IMG/VR virus record: IMGVR_UViG_3300050821_010639
Span: 64,001-128,000 of that record
Reading direction: 5' to 3' (one strand)
From: a virus
Length of the DNA stretch: 64,000 nucleotides
Below, piece after piece: positions 48,701 to 60,000 of this stretch. The notes below the pieces were generated by a model, which was not told where the DNA came from, did not search any database, and was given only the letters and a program-made list of their open reading frames with translations. The position numbers and the translations under genes are program-made. Position 1 is the stretch's first letter; the number at the start of each line of letters is the position of its first letter.

Positions 48701-51097
48701 CTGGCTGAACTGGTCCAGCCACACCCCCATCATGGGCACGCCCAGGTAGAGGGACCCCTGGTAACTGGGGGTGGTGACGTTGGAGTTCAGGTTGGTGATG
48801 AGCAGCGACTGGGTGTTGTCGACCGAGTAGGCGGCGGTCACGAAGAACGTCACGTTGGTGGCGTCCCAGGCGTGGACCATCGTCCACTGCTGGGTCCACG
48901 CCTGCCCGTCGGGGCTGGTCCACCAGTAGAACGTGCCCGAGCCGCCGCCCGAGCCGGCCTGCTCGGTAATCATCCAGTACGCGTGCGCGCTGGAGTCGTA
49001 GGCGGGCAGCACCTTGGTGGACACGTGGCCGCCCGGTGAGCCCATCTGCACGTAGAACGCGCTGGCGCTCAGCCCGAACATCGCGTAGGCGCTGCTGTCG
49101 AAGTTGGACTGGAAGTAGAACTGGGTCAGCTCGGAGCCGTTGAGCCCGGTGCCGTAGGTGGCCGGGGTGGAGGAGTCGGTGGTGGTGGAGGAGACCCCGA
49201 TCGGCGTGATCTGCACCGAGATGAGCGTGTCGGTGGCGTCGTACGGGCTGGAGCCGAGGAACGTGGTCGACGGGCTGGCCTCCAGGGTCAGCGAGCCCGA
49301 CGGGAACAGCGCGCCCAGGTTGTAGCCGACCCCGCCCGGGTACGCGAACAGGTTGGCGATCGGCGTGATGAAGACGTGGCCGGACGGGGTGAGGGTCGTC
49401 CAGATGTTGGTGTCGACCACGCCGTTGCCGTTGACGTCGACCTCGTCGAAGCTGTCGAGCAGGCCGTCCAGCTTGAGCACGATGTCGGGGAAGCCCTGCG
49501 GCGCCACCATCGCCCACTTGAGGGTGGCGATGGTGCCCGGCCCGGTGACGGTGACCTGGCGCTGCTCGCTCGGGTCTACCAGCTGCTCGGTGACGGTCTC
49601 GCCCAGGAACTCGAACCGCGGCACGCCGTCCTTGCGGAACTGCCACAGGCACTCCTCGTCCAGCAGGGTCTCCGCCGGCAGCCCGCCGGGCAGCGTCACC
49701 TCCTGCCACCACGGGTCGTCCTGGGACAGCACCACGGTGCCGGACCCGATGTCGTCCAGCTGACGGGCGAACTGAAAGTTCAGCAGCATCGACTGAGGGA
49801 TGACCGCCAGCAGGGTCACGTAGTCGAGCCCCGAGTAGACGTAGACCTCCCAGCTGTTGCCGACCGCCGACGGGGTGACGGAGGCCGCGCCGGACGGGCC
49901 GCCCTGGTAGCCGGGCGGGTTCACCTGGCTGCCGACCGGCGCGGGCAGGATGCCGCCGAGGCTGGGCGCTCCCCCGGCTGCCCGGACGAGCGAGTCGGCC
50001 GCCGCCGCGGTGTCGTGCAGGGCGGCGGTAACGCTGGGAACCACGCGGGCGTCGGCCGCCGCCGCGGTGTCGTGCAGGGGAACGGCGGCACTGACCGCCA
50101 GAGCGTCGGCCGCGGCGGCGGTGTCAGAGACAGCGAGGGCCGCGCTGACCGCCAGCTTGTCGGCCGCCGCTGCGGTGTCCCCCGGCTGCGGCGTGAGGTT
50201 GGCGGCAGCATCGGCCGCCGCTGCGGTGTCGGAGAGGGAGACGGCAACGCTGACCGCCAGGGAGTCCGACGCGGCAGCGGTGTCGCCCAGGGAGACCGGG
50301 CTGCCGGAGGCCAGGGCGTCGGCTGCCGCCGCGGTGTCGCCCAGGGGCACGGCAACGCTGACCGCCAGCTTGTCAGACGCGGCGGCGGTGTCACCCAGGG
50401 GAACGACGGCACTGACTGACAGGGCGTCAGACGCGGCGGCGGTGTCCGCCACCGTCTTAGGCGTGGTGACGCTGGCCTCGAAGATCATGATGCCAAGGCC
50501 GGCCGTACCGTCAGTGGAGTCGCCGATGTTCGGCGTCTGCGTGGCGTTGACGCAGCTGAAGTTCATCGCGACGGGGTTGCCGCCCGCGTCAATGAAGTAC
50601 GTGTACCCGCTGGTAGAACCCGCTGTGCCGGTGCCGTTGTCGAAGACGTGGCTCCAGTACGTCCGGCCCGCGGCGGTCGGCGTGACAGGGGCCATGCTGC
50701 CGCCGGACCCCACGTCAATGGCGCCCGTGGCGTCCAGGGTGATGGAACTGAACCCGACGCTGGTGGTCATCTCTGTCCACGCGACACGCAGCTGAGGCGT
50801 GCCGGCGGCCAGCGTGATGGTGACCGTGGCCGAGCTGGCGCTGGTCACCTGGCCGATGAAGATCGTCTGGACCAGGGTCGTGCCGACCAGGCCCGTCGTG
50901 CCCGTGACGGTGTGCGCGACCAGTACGGTCCACGTCGCGTTGGAGGAGGAGGCCGCGGTCGCGAAGTCGGCAGTCGTCTCGCTGATGACCGACAGCAGGA
51001 CGAAGTTGCCGATCGCGTGCGGGGCCAGGGTGAACGTCTTGGCGGTTGAGCTGTAAGAGCCCGAGAACGGCGAGGTGCCCGCGCCCGCGATGGTCAT
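45704..51097 (-). CDS. Large minor tail / tail fibre (host-recognition) protein
   Basis: Siphovirus tail domain, FN3-like (GLTAGTTYFVKLVAV), CBM-like (NPFFNGG), DTAAAAD and ITASQIAAST repeats. Confidence 0.8.
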   Translation of the reverse strand: MTIAGAGTSPFSGSYSSTAKTFTLAPHAIGNFVLLSVISETTADFATAASSSNATWTVLVAHTVTGTTGLVGTTLVQTIFIGQVTSASSATVTITLAAGTPQLRVAWTEMTTSVGFSSITLDATGAIDVGSGGSMAPVTPTAAGRTYWSHVFDNGTGTAGSTSGYTYFIDAGGNPVAMNFSCVNATQTPNIGDSTDGTAGLGIMIFEASVTTPKTVADTAAASDALSVSAVVPLGDTAAASDKLAVSVAVPLGDTAAAADALASGSPVSLGDTAAASDSLAVSVAVSLSDTAAAADAAANLTPQPGDTAAAADKLAVSAALAVSDTAAAADALAVSAAVPLHDTAAAADARVVPSVTAALHDTAAAADSLVRAAGGAPSLGGILPAPVGSQVNPPGYQGGPSGAASVTPSAVGNSWEVYVYSGLDYVTLLAVIPQSMLLNFQFARQLDDIGSGTVVLSQDDPWWQEVTLPGGLPAETLLDEECLWQFRKDGVPRFEFLGETVTEQLVDPSEQRQVTVTGPGTIATLKWAMVAPQGFPDIVLKLDGLLDSFDEVDVNGNGVVDTNIWTTLTPSGHVFITPIANLFAYPGGVGYNLGALFPSGSLTLEASPSTTFLGSSPYDATDTLISVQITPIGVSSTTTDSSTPATYGTGLNGSELTQFYFQSNFDSSAYAMFGLSASAFYVQMGSPGGHVSTKVLPAYDSSAHAYWMITEQAGSGGGSGTFYWWTSPDGQAWTQQWTMVHAWDATNVTFFVTAAYSVDNTQSLLITNLNSNVTTPSYQGSLYLGVPMMGVWLDQFSQAQARGTIPFVTSNVTPAADTYGRAWTDTQNVQAVNGTDMYSLLQSATSVVNADYVMDPGFQLRVGQPATGQVALGVDRSGYLILREGNDVASKQRVRARNQITTLLGGENADGHEISASSPAFISQWGQRETWFQAAVQVDPVSMAYASASALAQNETEVVSWTFSLVPNVPGKTIFDNFDVGDWVGLERPDFSATDAVRVVGIAVQVDNTGAETHELTFLSYIQWLAEQLTYLANKLGGQFVNALGTSPVAPSKYGTGQVPTYFTPAATLQGLADVAGNSAGSTMSSAPLVYNPATGQYQHAGTTDPVTGNMIPVTIQTPGGSVVVGDTTVVVSAPGGSTTTGLQGDGTVTSVDAGGAPPAAPDTPAAAGIVQGLVVSWDGLLAAALPLSNFQYTQVHVSGTSGFTPSPATQVGTLTAGGTLTVSGLTAGTTYFVKLVAVSTAGIASTPSAQASAVAASVPTSLLTGQLPASLIGNSAGNALNPNPFFNGGDLTGWFVTNGSLSAATPPAGAPGAAQFAARVVSTSANCLISGSTAPFPVTPGQPYVMTAWAYNPGGSAVNVAIGFNWTSGTATISVPPTTWVPLTTVQACPPGVTSAYQVIGPTASGVTVYVLGAVAAGQVPGQLIAAGSVAANQIAANTITAAQIAASTITASQIAASTITAGQIAASTITAAQIAASTITASQIAAGTITAAKLAAGIIVAGIIDGTTVTGATIIADGSSGEFLVYSAVPASGNLVLSVSAVPGSDGSGNAYPAGIGLFNSSSKFTTLAASSAGNLTLGSGSGGGGGLEMVTQATTPNSVNSIFYADGNGTAAYRNGAAGWNGQLITSISPVPPAGTAHTTSATTVSGVFTIPANDPSPGTVYRLKVWGVGAYTSGSVAWEAFTNGVNEAEAAAGSLPATFYWEAETDISFASTGAGGTCYVKNRVLIGEVGTGSPPNVAGNANPGVLMAMTGGAAGTTISIDTTSPVTLDLRAVGTGTFSVSGIAATIERLGP
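46590..46820 (-). repeat. 30-nt coding tandem repeats (ITAxQIAAST)
   Basis: About 7 decapeptide units. Confidence 0.8.
49990..50450 (-). repeat. Coding repeats DTAAAxDxLxVS
   Basis: About 9 units. Confidence 0.8.
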
Positions 51098-51131
51098 GCC
51101 CGGCCTCCTCCGTCAACGGGCGGAGGGCCCA

Positions 51132-51815
51132 TCAGGTCGGCGAGGCCGCGAAACCGAACGTCAGGGTCTCCGTCGCGGTCCAGGTCTGGCCGCTGGCCTT
51201 GGTGCCCTGGGAGCTGATGCCGTGGTTGAGGAACACGCCGGAGACCGTGTTCGAGTCGGCCGCCCCGTTGTCGGTGCCGAACTCGGCCCACGCGAAGTTG
51301 CCGGCTGAGGTGCCGAACGTCGCGGCGAACGTCAGGGTAGGCGGGGAGGAGCCGGTGGAGATGGACGGCGCGGAGGAGACCAGCTTGTACCAGGCGGTGG
51401 TCGAGTTGCCGTCCCCGCCCAGGTGCGCGTCGGCGTAGGCGGCGGCGGTGGCGACGGTGCCGGCCCCGATCCGCCCGGCGGCGGCGCCGAACTTGGTGGC
51501 GATCGACGTGCCGGCGATCGAGCCGAGGATGGCGACCCAGCCCGCCTGGGTGACCAGGTTGCAGTCGTCGTCCTGGGTCTCGGAGTACGGCTTCACGCCG
51601 TAGTAGGCGAACGTCTCCGGGCTGATGGTAACGTCCTCGCCCCGCGTCAGCAGGAACAGCGCGTCCCGGTCGGCCTTGCGCAGCGTCCACGCCGTCTGCT
51701 CGGCGTCCCACCGCGTGACCCTGAACGAGGTGCTCACCCGAACGTGCTCGCCCAGCGGGACCCCGGCTGCGACGACCAGCCGCTCCCCTGCCGCCGCGAA
51801 GTCTCCGTGCGTCAT
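51132..51815 (-). CDS. Minor tail protein
   Basis: Position in the tail operon; NLVT..G..ATF...NFAWAEFG pattern. Confidence 0.6.
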   Translation of the reverse strand: MTHGDFAAAGERLVVAAGVPLGEHVRVSTSFRVTRWDAEQTAWTLRKADRDALFLLTRGEDVTISPETFAYYGVKPYSETQDDDCNLVTQAGWVAILGSIAGTSIATKFGAAAGRIGAGTVATAAAYADAHLGGDGNSTTAWYKLVSSAPSISTGSSPPTLTFAATFGTSAGNFAWAEFGTDNGAADSNTVSGVFLNHGISSQGTKASGQTWTATETLTFGFAASPT

Positions 51816-52157
51816 GCGGGCCTCCCTGGGGCCTCTGGCCGCGGGCGCGGCGGCGGGGTCGCCGGGTACGGGACCAGGCCACGACCCTGCACCTGCAGCT
51901 CCAGGCCCTCGCTCACCAGGCACTCGTCGTAATCGGTCACGGTCACGGGCTCGCTCATTCGTCCAGCCCCAGGACGGTGAGGAGATCGGCGAGCGTGTCA
52001 TCGCCGCCCGCCGCGCGGATCTTCAGCCGCAGCAGGGCACGGCGCTGCTTTTCAACGCGAGCCTGCTCTTCAGCGGCACCGCTCACCGGCAGCGGCCCGT
52101 CGTACTCGCGGTCGGCGTACCGCTGGTTCGCCAGGTCGATGATCCGCTCGGTAGTCA

Positions 52158-53078
52158 TCAGCCGATCCCGTACAGTGCGAAGTTGCTGCCGGCCAGGAAG
52201 TTGGACCCGGCCGGGGCGGTCAGCGTGACCGCGGTGACGGCGGCCTGCGCCGCCGGGTTCCAGAAGCCCCAGCGCAGCCGCCCGTCGACCATGGAGGACG
52301 TGCCGTTGCCGGCGCCGGACATGGAGTAGACCGACTTGTTGAACGCGCCGGCCGCGTAGTTGGGCACCCAGGCGAAGCCGCCGCCGGCGTTGACCGGGGC
52401 GCCGCCCTGGCTGGCGTTCACCCGGAACGCGGGGATGCCGCTGACCGCGAACGCGGTGGAGGCGGCCGGGCCGACCAGTGAGCCGGAGGTGTTGGTGGCC
52501 GAGACGGTCAGCTGCGAGTAGTGCGCGCCGGCGTCGCCGTTGAAGTTGAGCGTGATGTCGTCGGCCAGCGCGGTCGTCTCGGTCAGCCGGGCCTGGCACA
52601 CGATGAGCAGGTGCTCGTAGGTGGCCGGGATGCCGGACCAGGTGATGACGTTGGACGCTGAGGTGGCCAGCGTCGTCTCGTTGATGACGGCCGCGGCGTT
52701 GCCGCTCCAGGCGCTGGCGGGCAGGCCGTGCACCCCCGAGCCGGAGCCCATCGCGTAGTGCAGGGCCGCCGTGGTCAGGTCCCCGGCGCTCCAGGTGTGG
52801 GCGATGGGGGTACCTGCCACGTGCGCCTTGGCCAGGGTGCCGTCGTAGGCGCGGGTCACAGTCCACGGGGTCGCTACCGTGCCGGCGCCCGCCGTCACGC
52901 TGACCAGCTCGAAGTTGGCGGAGGCCGGCTCCAGGCACAGGGTGAACGGGAAGCTGACGGGGTAGCCGACCGGGGCGCCCGAGCCCGCCACCACCGAGGT
53001 GCCCGAGGTGTTCAGGTTCCCGCCGCCTGGCACCGCGAGGGTGTCCGGTACCGCCAGGTTGCTAAGTAATAGCGCCAT
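52158..53078 (-). CDS. Minor tail protein
   Basis: E.V.VT...TVTRAYDGT.AKAH..G motif; tail operon. Confidence 0.7.
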   Translation of the reverse strand: MALLLSNLAVPDTLAVPGGGNLNTSGTSVVAGSGAPVGYPVSFPFTLCLEPASANFELVSVTAGAGTVATPWTVTRAYDGTLAKAHVAGTPIAHTWSAGDLTTAALHYAMGSGSGVHGLPASAWSGNAAAVINETTLATSASNVITWSGIPATYEHLLIVCQARLTETTALADDITLNFNGDAGAHYSQLTVSATNTSGSLVGPAASTAFAVSGIPAFRVNASQGGAPVNAGGGFAWVPNYAAGAFNKSVYSMSGAGNGTSSMVDGRLRWGFWNPAAQAAVTAVTLTAPAGSNFLAGSNFALYGIG

Positions 53079-53143
53079 TGGGTCACGACGGTGGCTTCCC
53101 CCCTTGGTCCTCTCGGGGACTCTTCGGGGGTGCTATCGGCGGG

Positions 53144-54007
53144 TCAGACGTACGCGTCCCCCCAGGCGAAGAGCGCGGTACCCGCAGTGACTGAGATCGA
53201 GTTGGCCCCCGGCAGCAAAGTCATCCACATCCGGCTGCCGATGTGGCCCAGGCCGCCGACCACGTTGTTGCCCACGGCGTCGAGCGCGGTGTAGCGCAGC
53301 ACGTCCACCGTGACCGGCCAGGACTGGACGCCCGCGCCCGTGTGAGAGAAGGCCACGCCGGCGGTGTTGTTGGTGACCGTACAGGCCTGGGAGACCGCGA
53401 CGGTAAAAGAGTTGATCGCGGAGGCGAACCCCTCGCCCACCACGCCCTCGCCGAGCGCGGTAATCGTGCCGCCGCCCGTGCCCACCACCTGCGACCGCTG
53501 AGCGGAGTAAAAGTAAGGGTCGCTGAGCAGCAGGTCCACGCTGAAAGCCGCGTTGGTCCGGCTGTTCATCGTCGGGTCCATGCTGCCGGCGATCTCGGCC
53601 ATCGCCGTGGAGGTGACCATGGTCGGCGAGCCGCCCTGGGTCAGCCACCAGTTGCGCTGCAGCTGGCCTTGCACGCTGCCCTGCGCCCCGCGGGTGAAGA
53701 ACAGCTGGCGGAGCATCTGGAAGTTGTCGTTGAACGCGCGGCGCGGGTCGCCCGCCGGGTACGGCTGGCTCGCCGACATCTGGCTGTCGGTCCACATGGT
53801 CAGCGTGATGGTGCGCTCGTCCAGGTACTTGCCCCGGAACAGCTGGCCGGAGCGGTAGGGCACCTCGTAGTCCTGGCCCCGGTTGGTGGGGACGCCGAAG
53901 CGGGAGCCGCCGAAAGTGGCCACGTTGTAGTAGCTGGACTGAAGCGGAATACCGTTCCAGTACCACATTTCCGCTGGCAGGTAAGCAGCTACCGGGGCAG
54001 CGACCAT
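53144..54007 (-). CDS. Distal tail (Dit-like) protein
   Basis: Directly after TMP; ERTITL, DPYFYS, LLPGANSI motifs. Confidence 0.7.
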   Translation of the reverse strand: MVAAPVAAYLPAEMWYWNGIPLQSSYYNVATFGGSRFGVPTNRGQDYEVPYRSGQLFRGKYLDERTITLTMWTDSQMSASQPYPAGDPRRAFNDNFQMLRQLFFTRGAQGSVQGQLQRNWWLTQGGSPTMVTSTAMAEIAGSMDPTMNSRTNAAFSVDLLLSDPYFYSAQRSQVVGTGGGTITALGEGVVGEGFASAINSFTVAVSQACTVTNNTAGVAFSHTGAGVQSWPVTVDVLRYTALDAVGNNVVGGLGHIGSRMWMTLLPGANSISVTAGTALFAWGDAYV

Positions 54008-57000
54008 AAGATCATGCCTCGCCCTCCGAGGAACGCAAGCCTGTTGGACGTCCGGGTAATCGAGTCCTCGGTAGCGGCAGGCCGCGGGTTGTTGATGGTC
54101 AGGGCGTCCACGTGCAGCCCCACCCGGGTGCTGGCCGCCCCGTCCGCCATGGTGCGCGGCATCTCCCTGGAGGCCGACGCCGACAGCTGGCGCGAGAGGG
54201 TAGCCGACATGCCGGGCACGAACAGGCTGGGCACCAGGCCGCCGGCCGCCATGCCGCCGCTGAACATCCCGGCCACGCCGGCCAGCCCCGGGACCTCGCC
54301 GCCGCCCGCCAGGCCGAAGCCCATGTTCCCGACCGCGGGCGCGGCCGGGCCGCCGACGATGAGCTTGTTCAGGTCGATGAGCGTGCCGCCGCCGGTCCCG
54401 CCCGGCCCGGAGGGGGCCCCTGGCGTGCCGGCCCCCCCTGTCCCGCCCCCGCTGCCACCGGAACCCGGAGCCGGGGTGAGCGTGGTGCCCCAGATGCCGT
54501 GCCACGCGTTGTAGGCGTCCACCACGTCTGCCTGGAACTTAGCCAGGTTCGACTGGATCGGGCTGTAGAGGGCCGGCTCCCTGGACTGGGCCAGCGTGGC
54601 CACGTCCATCGCCGCCTGCCAGCGGCGCACCGAGCTGTTGGCGGTCGACCACATCGCCGGGGTCAGCTCCTGCGGGTTCGTCTTCAGGTCGGTGAACAGC
54701 GGCGCGATGTAGCTGCCCGCCACCGACACCCGGTTCTCGATCGCCGCCCTCGTCGCCAGCCAGGACTTCCAGTCGGCGGCCGACACCCCGGCCGGCTGCC
54801 GGGTCCAGGCGTTCAGTGACTTCCACGGCTGCAGCGCGCCCTCCCAGTCCGGGTACAGCCGGGCCGCCTCGGCCTGGTAGGCGGCCACGTCGCCGGACGG
54901 GGCGGCTGACAGGCTCTGCCCGGGGGCCGGGGCGAGCATGTTCTGCACGGCGGTCCACGCGTCGGTCAGCCGGCCGGTGGCCGGGGTGCTCCAGTGCGTG
55001 CCGAGCGTGGTCGACGCCATCGCCGCCGCGTTGAGCGCGGCGTTCGCCGGGGTGTTCTTCCACGCCGACGCGGAAGAGCCCAGTACGCCCTTGGCGTAGG
55101 CCGGCTCCACCAGCCGGGCCGCCGTGACAGGGTCCTGGGCCTGCGCCTGGGTGAGGCCCTTGTGCTTGGCCAGGCTGAGGAGCCACGCGCCGTACTCGCC
55201 GTAGGAGGGGGCCGACCCGGCCGCGTTCTGCGCGGTCAGCAGGTACGAGCCGAGCGCCATCGCCTCGCGCGTGTCGGCGTTGGGGGTGGTCGCCAGGATG
55301 GCGGTCATCACCGGGCCGCCGCCCGCGTACCAGTGGTAGGCCTCCTCGTGCGCGAGCGCGCCTGCCGGGGTGCCGTAGCGCTGGGCCACGTAGTTGAGGA
55401 ACGCGGTCACCTGGCCCGCAGCGGTACCCGCGTTCCCCCCGTACTGGGCGTACTCGCTAGGCCCGTCAATGAACTGGGCAATGCCGTAGGCGTCCGACGT
55501 GGGGTTCTGCGCGTTGAGGTTCCAGCCGGCCTCGTCCATCTCGACCGCGTTCAGGTCGTCCCACAGCGCCCCGGTCCAGCCGCGCGCGGCTGCCATCGCC
55601 TTGGCCAGGGCCTGCACCTGCCCCGCCGACCCGCCGACCGCGTTCGCTGCCGTGGCCCCCGCGGTCTTCGCGACCGACGCGGTGGCCGCCGCGGTCTGGG
55701 CGGTCATCCAGGTGGCGACGCCGTTGTGGATGTCCTGCAGCCAGGCGGCGCCCATGTCGCCCGGCGTGCCGAGCGCCTCCAGCGCCTTCTCGGCAGGCAC
55801 CCCGGCGGCCGACCACATCGCGTTGAAGACGGCCTGCTCACCGAACGAGGCCACGTCCTTGGCCGCGCCGGCGATGCCGTCCCAGGCAGCCGACGCCGCG
55901 CCCTTCACCCCGGTGACCGCGTCACCTAGCCAGTTGGTGATGTTCCCGATGACGCCGCCACTGGCGTACCGGCCGTGCCCGGTGCCCCGCTGGGAGGCCG
56001 CGTTGCCGCGCGAGCCCGAGCCCAGCCAGGTGTCCGCCTGGTTGAGCTGGTCCATCACGTCCGGGCCGTAGGCGGCCTGCAGCGCCATCCGGGCGGGCTT
56101 GCGGACCATGAACTCGCCGCCCACGGCGACGATGTGCGTGCCGTCCTCGTCGCCGGTGCCGGGCACCGAGCCGGACACCGCGTGCACCGGGCCGCCGCCG
56201 GCCAGCTTGGAGATGGTGCCGATGTGCACGCCGACGATCGACGTCACCGAGTTGATCCACCCGATGACCGTGTTCAGCCCGTCGATGACGTGGTCAATCC
56301 CGCCCTTGAGGGAGTTCCACATGGCGTTCGGCAGGGTGGAGGTGAAGAAGTTCTCGATCGGGGTCAGCACGTCCCGGCTGAACGCCGACCAGGTGTTGGA
56401 CCAGGCCCTGGTGGCCGCCGCCGTGAAGCTGTCCCACCACTTGGGCACGTCGCCGGTGAAGAAGTTCTGCAGCGGGGCGAGCACCGTCTTGCTGAATCCG
56501 GACCAGACCGCGCTCCACGCCTTGGTGGCGTCCGTGGCCAGGCTGTTCCACCAGCTAGGGATGCTGCCGGTGAAGAACTTCTGCAGCGGGGCGAGCACCG
56601 TGGTGTCGAACGACTTGACGTTGGCGTTCCACAGGTTCACCCACCAGCGGCTGACGGAGTTGAACCAGCCGGGCACCGTGCCGGTGAAGAACTTGCCCAG
56701 CGGCTGCGCCACGTTGGCGTTGAACTGGGCGGCGGCAGGCCCGAACCAGATGTGCCACAGCTGGACCGCCAGCGCGGCGATGGCCTGGAACGTGGTACCG
56801 AAAAACGCCTTCAGGGCATTGAAAACCTGGATGCCCCACGACTGGATGTCAATCCAGGCCTGGTGCCAGTGGCCGGTCACCACGTCGAGCGCCACGGAGA
56901 TGATCGCGACCACCGTGTCCCAGGTGATCTTGGCTATCGCGACCACGGTGGCCCACGCGCCCTTGAACGCGAAAGACAGGATGTCAGCAGCGGACTTCGC

Positions 57001-60000
57001 AGCCTTTTCGACAAATCCGAAAAAGACTTCGGCTCCGAACTGAATCGTGGACCAGACAGCGGAGCCGGAGACCTTCAGCCACTGCCAGGCCTGCGCCCCG
57101 GATTCCCGCAGGCCCTTCCAGACGTAGCCCCAGGCCGAGGACCCGGCCGAGGACAGGAAGCCCCACGTCGCGGAGCCGGAGACCTTCAGCCACTGCCAGG
57201 CCTGTGCCCCGGCCTCCTGGAGCCCCTTCCACACGTCCCGGGTAAAGCTGTTGTCGGCTGCGGCCTGCATGACGTGCCAGAAGCCGGTGCCGGTGTCCTT
57301 GATGAAATCGAACGCCTTGACCGCAGCCCCGCTGATTTCGCCCCAGACGGTATCCCAGGTCGCCATGAGCGCCTGGCCGTGGGTGGCCCACCAGGGGTCG
57401 AAGTTGGAGGCGACCCAGCTGGTCACGTCACCGAACCCGCGTACCACCGGCGCCGCCACGTCGCGCCAGGTGTTGTTCCAGGCCGTGCCGAAAGCGTGCG
57501 GAACCGACTGGGTGAACCAGTCGAACATGCCGTCCCAGGCTGCCTCGAAGGTCCTCGCTACCGGGCCCCACACAGCGCCGAACCCGTGCGGCACCGACTG
57601 GGTGAACCAGTTGACCGCCCCGTCCCACGCGGACTCCACGGCGTGGACGGAGACCTTCGCCGCCTCCGGCAGGTCGTGCACGAAGAACTGGCCGATCGCG
57701 TGGTTCATGATCTCCAGGCCGCGCTGTACCTGGGGAATCCACGCGAGGAACGTCAGCTCGTAGAACGTGCCGTCTTTGAAGGACTTGAGCAGCGTGTCGA
57801 CCTCGCCCGGCTTGACCAGGTTCGCCGTAGAGCTGGCCGTTGCCGCCAGCTGGCCGCGCAGCTTGCTCAGGCTCGCGTTGTCAAGGTCGGAGACATCGCC
57901 CTTGGTGGCCTTGAGCTTGTCCTGCAGGGCCTTAAGCTCCAGGTCCTTGATCTCCGTCTCGACCTGGAGCTTCTTCTTCCCGGTCAGGCCCGGCAGCTCG
58001 GCCTTGAGCTTGTCCGCCTTCTGGAGTGCCTGGACCGCGTCCAGCTCGTAAGTGGTCTTGACGCTCTTCGGGAGCGCGGTGACCTGGACCCACAGCGCGT
58101 TCGCCTGCTTGGCGCTCAGCCCCATCGCCTCGCCGAAGCCCACGAAGTTGGCCTTGGCGCTCGCGCTGCTGCCGGAGACCGCGAGCAGCTCAGCGGCCAC
58201 GTTGTGCGCCGCCGCCGCGGTAGCGGCGCTGGACGGGCCGGACTTGGCCAGCGCGTCGGCGAACGTGTTGAAGACCGCCTGCCCGCCGTGGGCATTGAAG
58301 ATGGCGGCGGCCATCGCCGGGTTGAGCAGGCTCTGCAGGGTGTTAGTCAGCCGGGCCGCGTCCTGGCTCAGGTTGGAGGCCCCGATGGCAGCGTCGCTGC
58401 TGGCCTTGTACAGGGCCTGCAGCGGGTCGACGGCGTTGCCCACCCACTGCTGCAGAACCTTGATGTTGTCGGTGGCCGGGCCGCCCGCCTCCTGGGCAAG
58501 GGCGGAGATCTGGGCCGCGGCCTCCTTGCTGCCGCCGGCCATGGGGATGAGGGTGGCGACCGCGTTCTTGACGAACGCCGTGAAGTTGCCGCCGCCGGCC
58601 AGCGCCTGGGTGTTACGGAACGCGTCGAACAGCTGCTCGACGTTGTTGTAGTTGGACTGGAAGTCGTTCTGCAGGGTGATGCTGGGCCCGCTCAGCCCGG
58701 TCATCGCCGCGCCCGCCTTGGCGGCGTCGGAGTTGAACCCGGCGATGCTCTGCGCCAGGGTGAGGACGGCGGACGGGCCGCCGGCCACCGTCTTGGTGAA
58801 GGTGTCGTAGGCGGTGTTCAGCTTGCCCATCGAGGCGACTTGCGCGGAGTTCTCCAGGTTCAGCGCGTTCAGGTCGGAGCCGATGGCCCCCAGCTGCTGG
58901 CCCATCGCCTGGTACCCGGCGATGAGCCCCTTCACCTGCTGCTCAGCGGTCGCCCAGACGCTGGCCTGGTTGCTGAACAACTGGTTGGTGGTGACCCCGG
59001 CCGCGTTCAGCAGGCTCAGCGCGCCGACGAAGTTCGTCCCGTAGGCCTTGGAGACGTCGCCGACGTGGGTCAGCTCCTCCTGGAGCTTGCCGGACAGGTC
59101 CGACTGAGACGCGGCCAGCTCAGAGGCGTTGCCGACGCCGGTCTGCTGGGCCTTGTTGAGGGTGGTGGTGACCTCGGCCAGGTTGGACACGGTGGTGGAG
59201 ACCACCGTGAGCAGCGACGCCTTCTGAACGGCAGCGCCCATGGCATCGGTGAACTGCTTGGTCTGGTCGGCCCGGGTGCCCAGGTAGACGCCGACGGCGA
59301 TGAGCGCGGCGCCCAGCAGGCCGAGGTCCACGTAGACGTTGGACAGCACCGGGGCAAGGCCGCCGAGCATGGCCAGCAGCCCGCCCCCGCCGCCGACCGC
59401 CTCGGCAGCGCCCTCAGCGCCGGCACCCAGTTCTTCAGCCCCGGTCGCCGCGCCGCCCAGCTTCTCGGCCATCCCGGCCAGCTGGGTGTCGCTCGCGCCG
59501 GCGGCGATGCCCAGGGCGACCGACTTCTTGCCCGCGTCGTCCAGGCCCTCGCTGAACCTCTCCAGCCGGGCCGCCGAGGTGGTGCCGGCCCCGGCCACGA
59601 AGTCTTCGACGCTCTGCCCGGTGGCCTTGATGGAGACGGCGAGCTGGGCCAGCTCCTCCTCGCTGGCCTTGGCCCCGAGCGCGTCGGAAACCGCCCCGAC
59701 CTCGGCGCTGCTCCTGGTGATGTTGACCAGCTGGGTGTTGGTCGCGCCCAGCGCGCGGGCCACCGCCTCCGCCCCGGCGTTGAGGGCGGGGAACTTGCCG
59801 AGGAGCCCGGCCAGCCCGATGACCACCTTGCCCACCACGTCGGCGGCGAGCCCGCCCCACAGCACGATGGCGTGCAGCCCGAGGCCGGCGGCCAGCAGCG
59901 GGGTGGGGGTGACCTTAACGATGTCGGCAGCGATCTTGAGGATGAAGTCACCGATGACGGCCAGGTCCTCGGCCACGTGCGTGAGGGCCGTGGCCTGGAT

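Noticed and set aside
56450-57230. Direct repeats in TMP as DGR template/variable repeats
   Set aside because: They are in-frame protein repeats typical of tape measures; no reverse transcriptase and no adenine-specific mismatch pattern.
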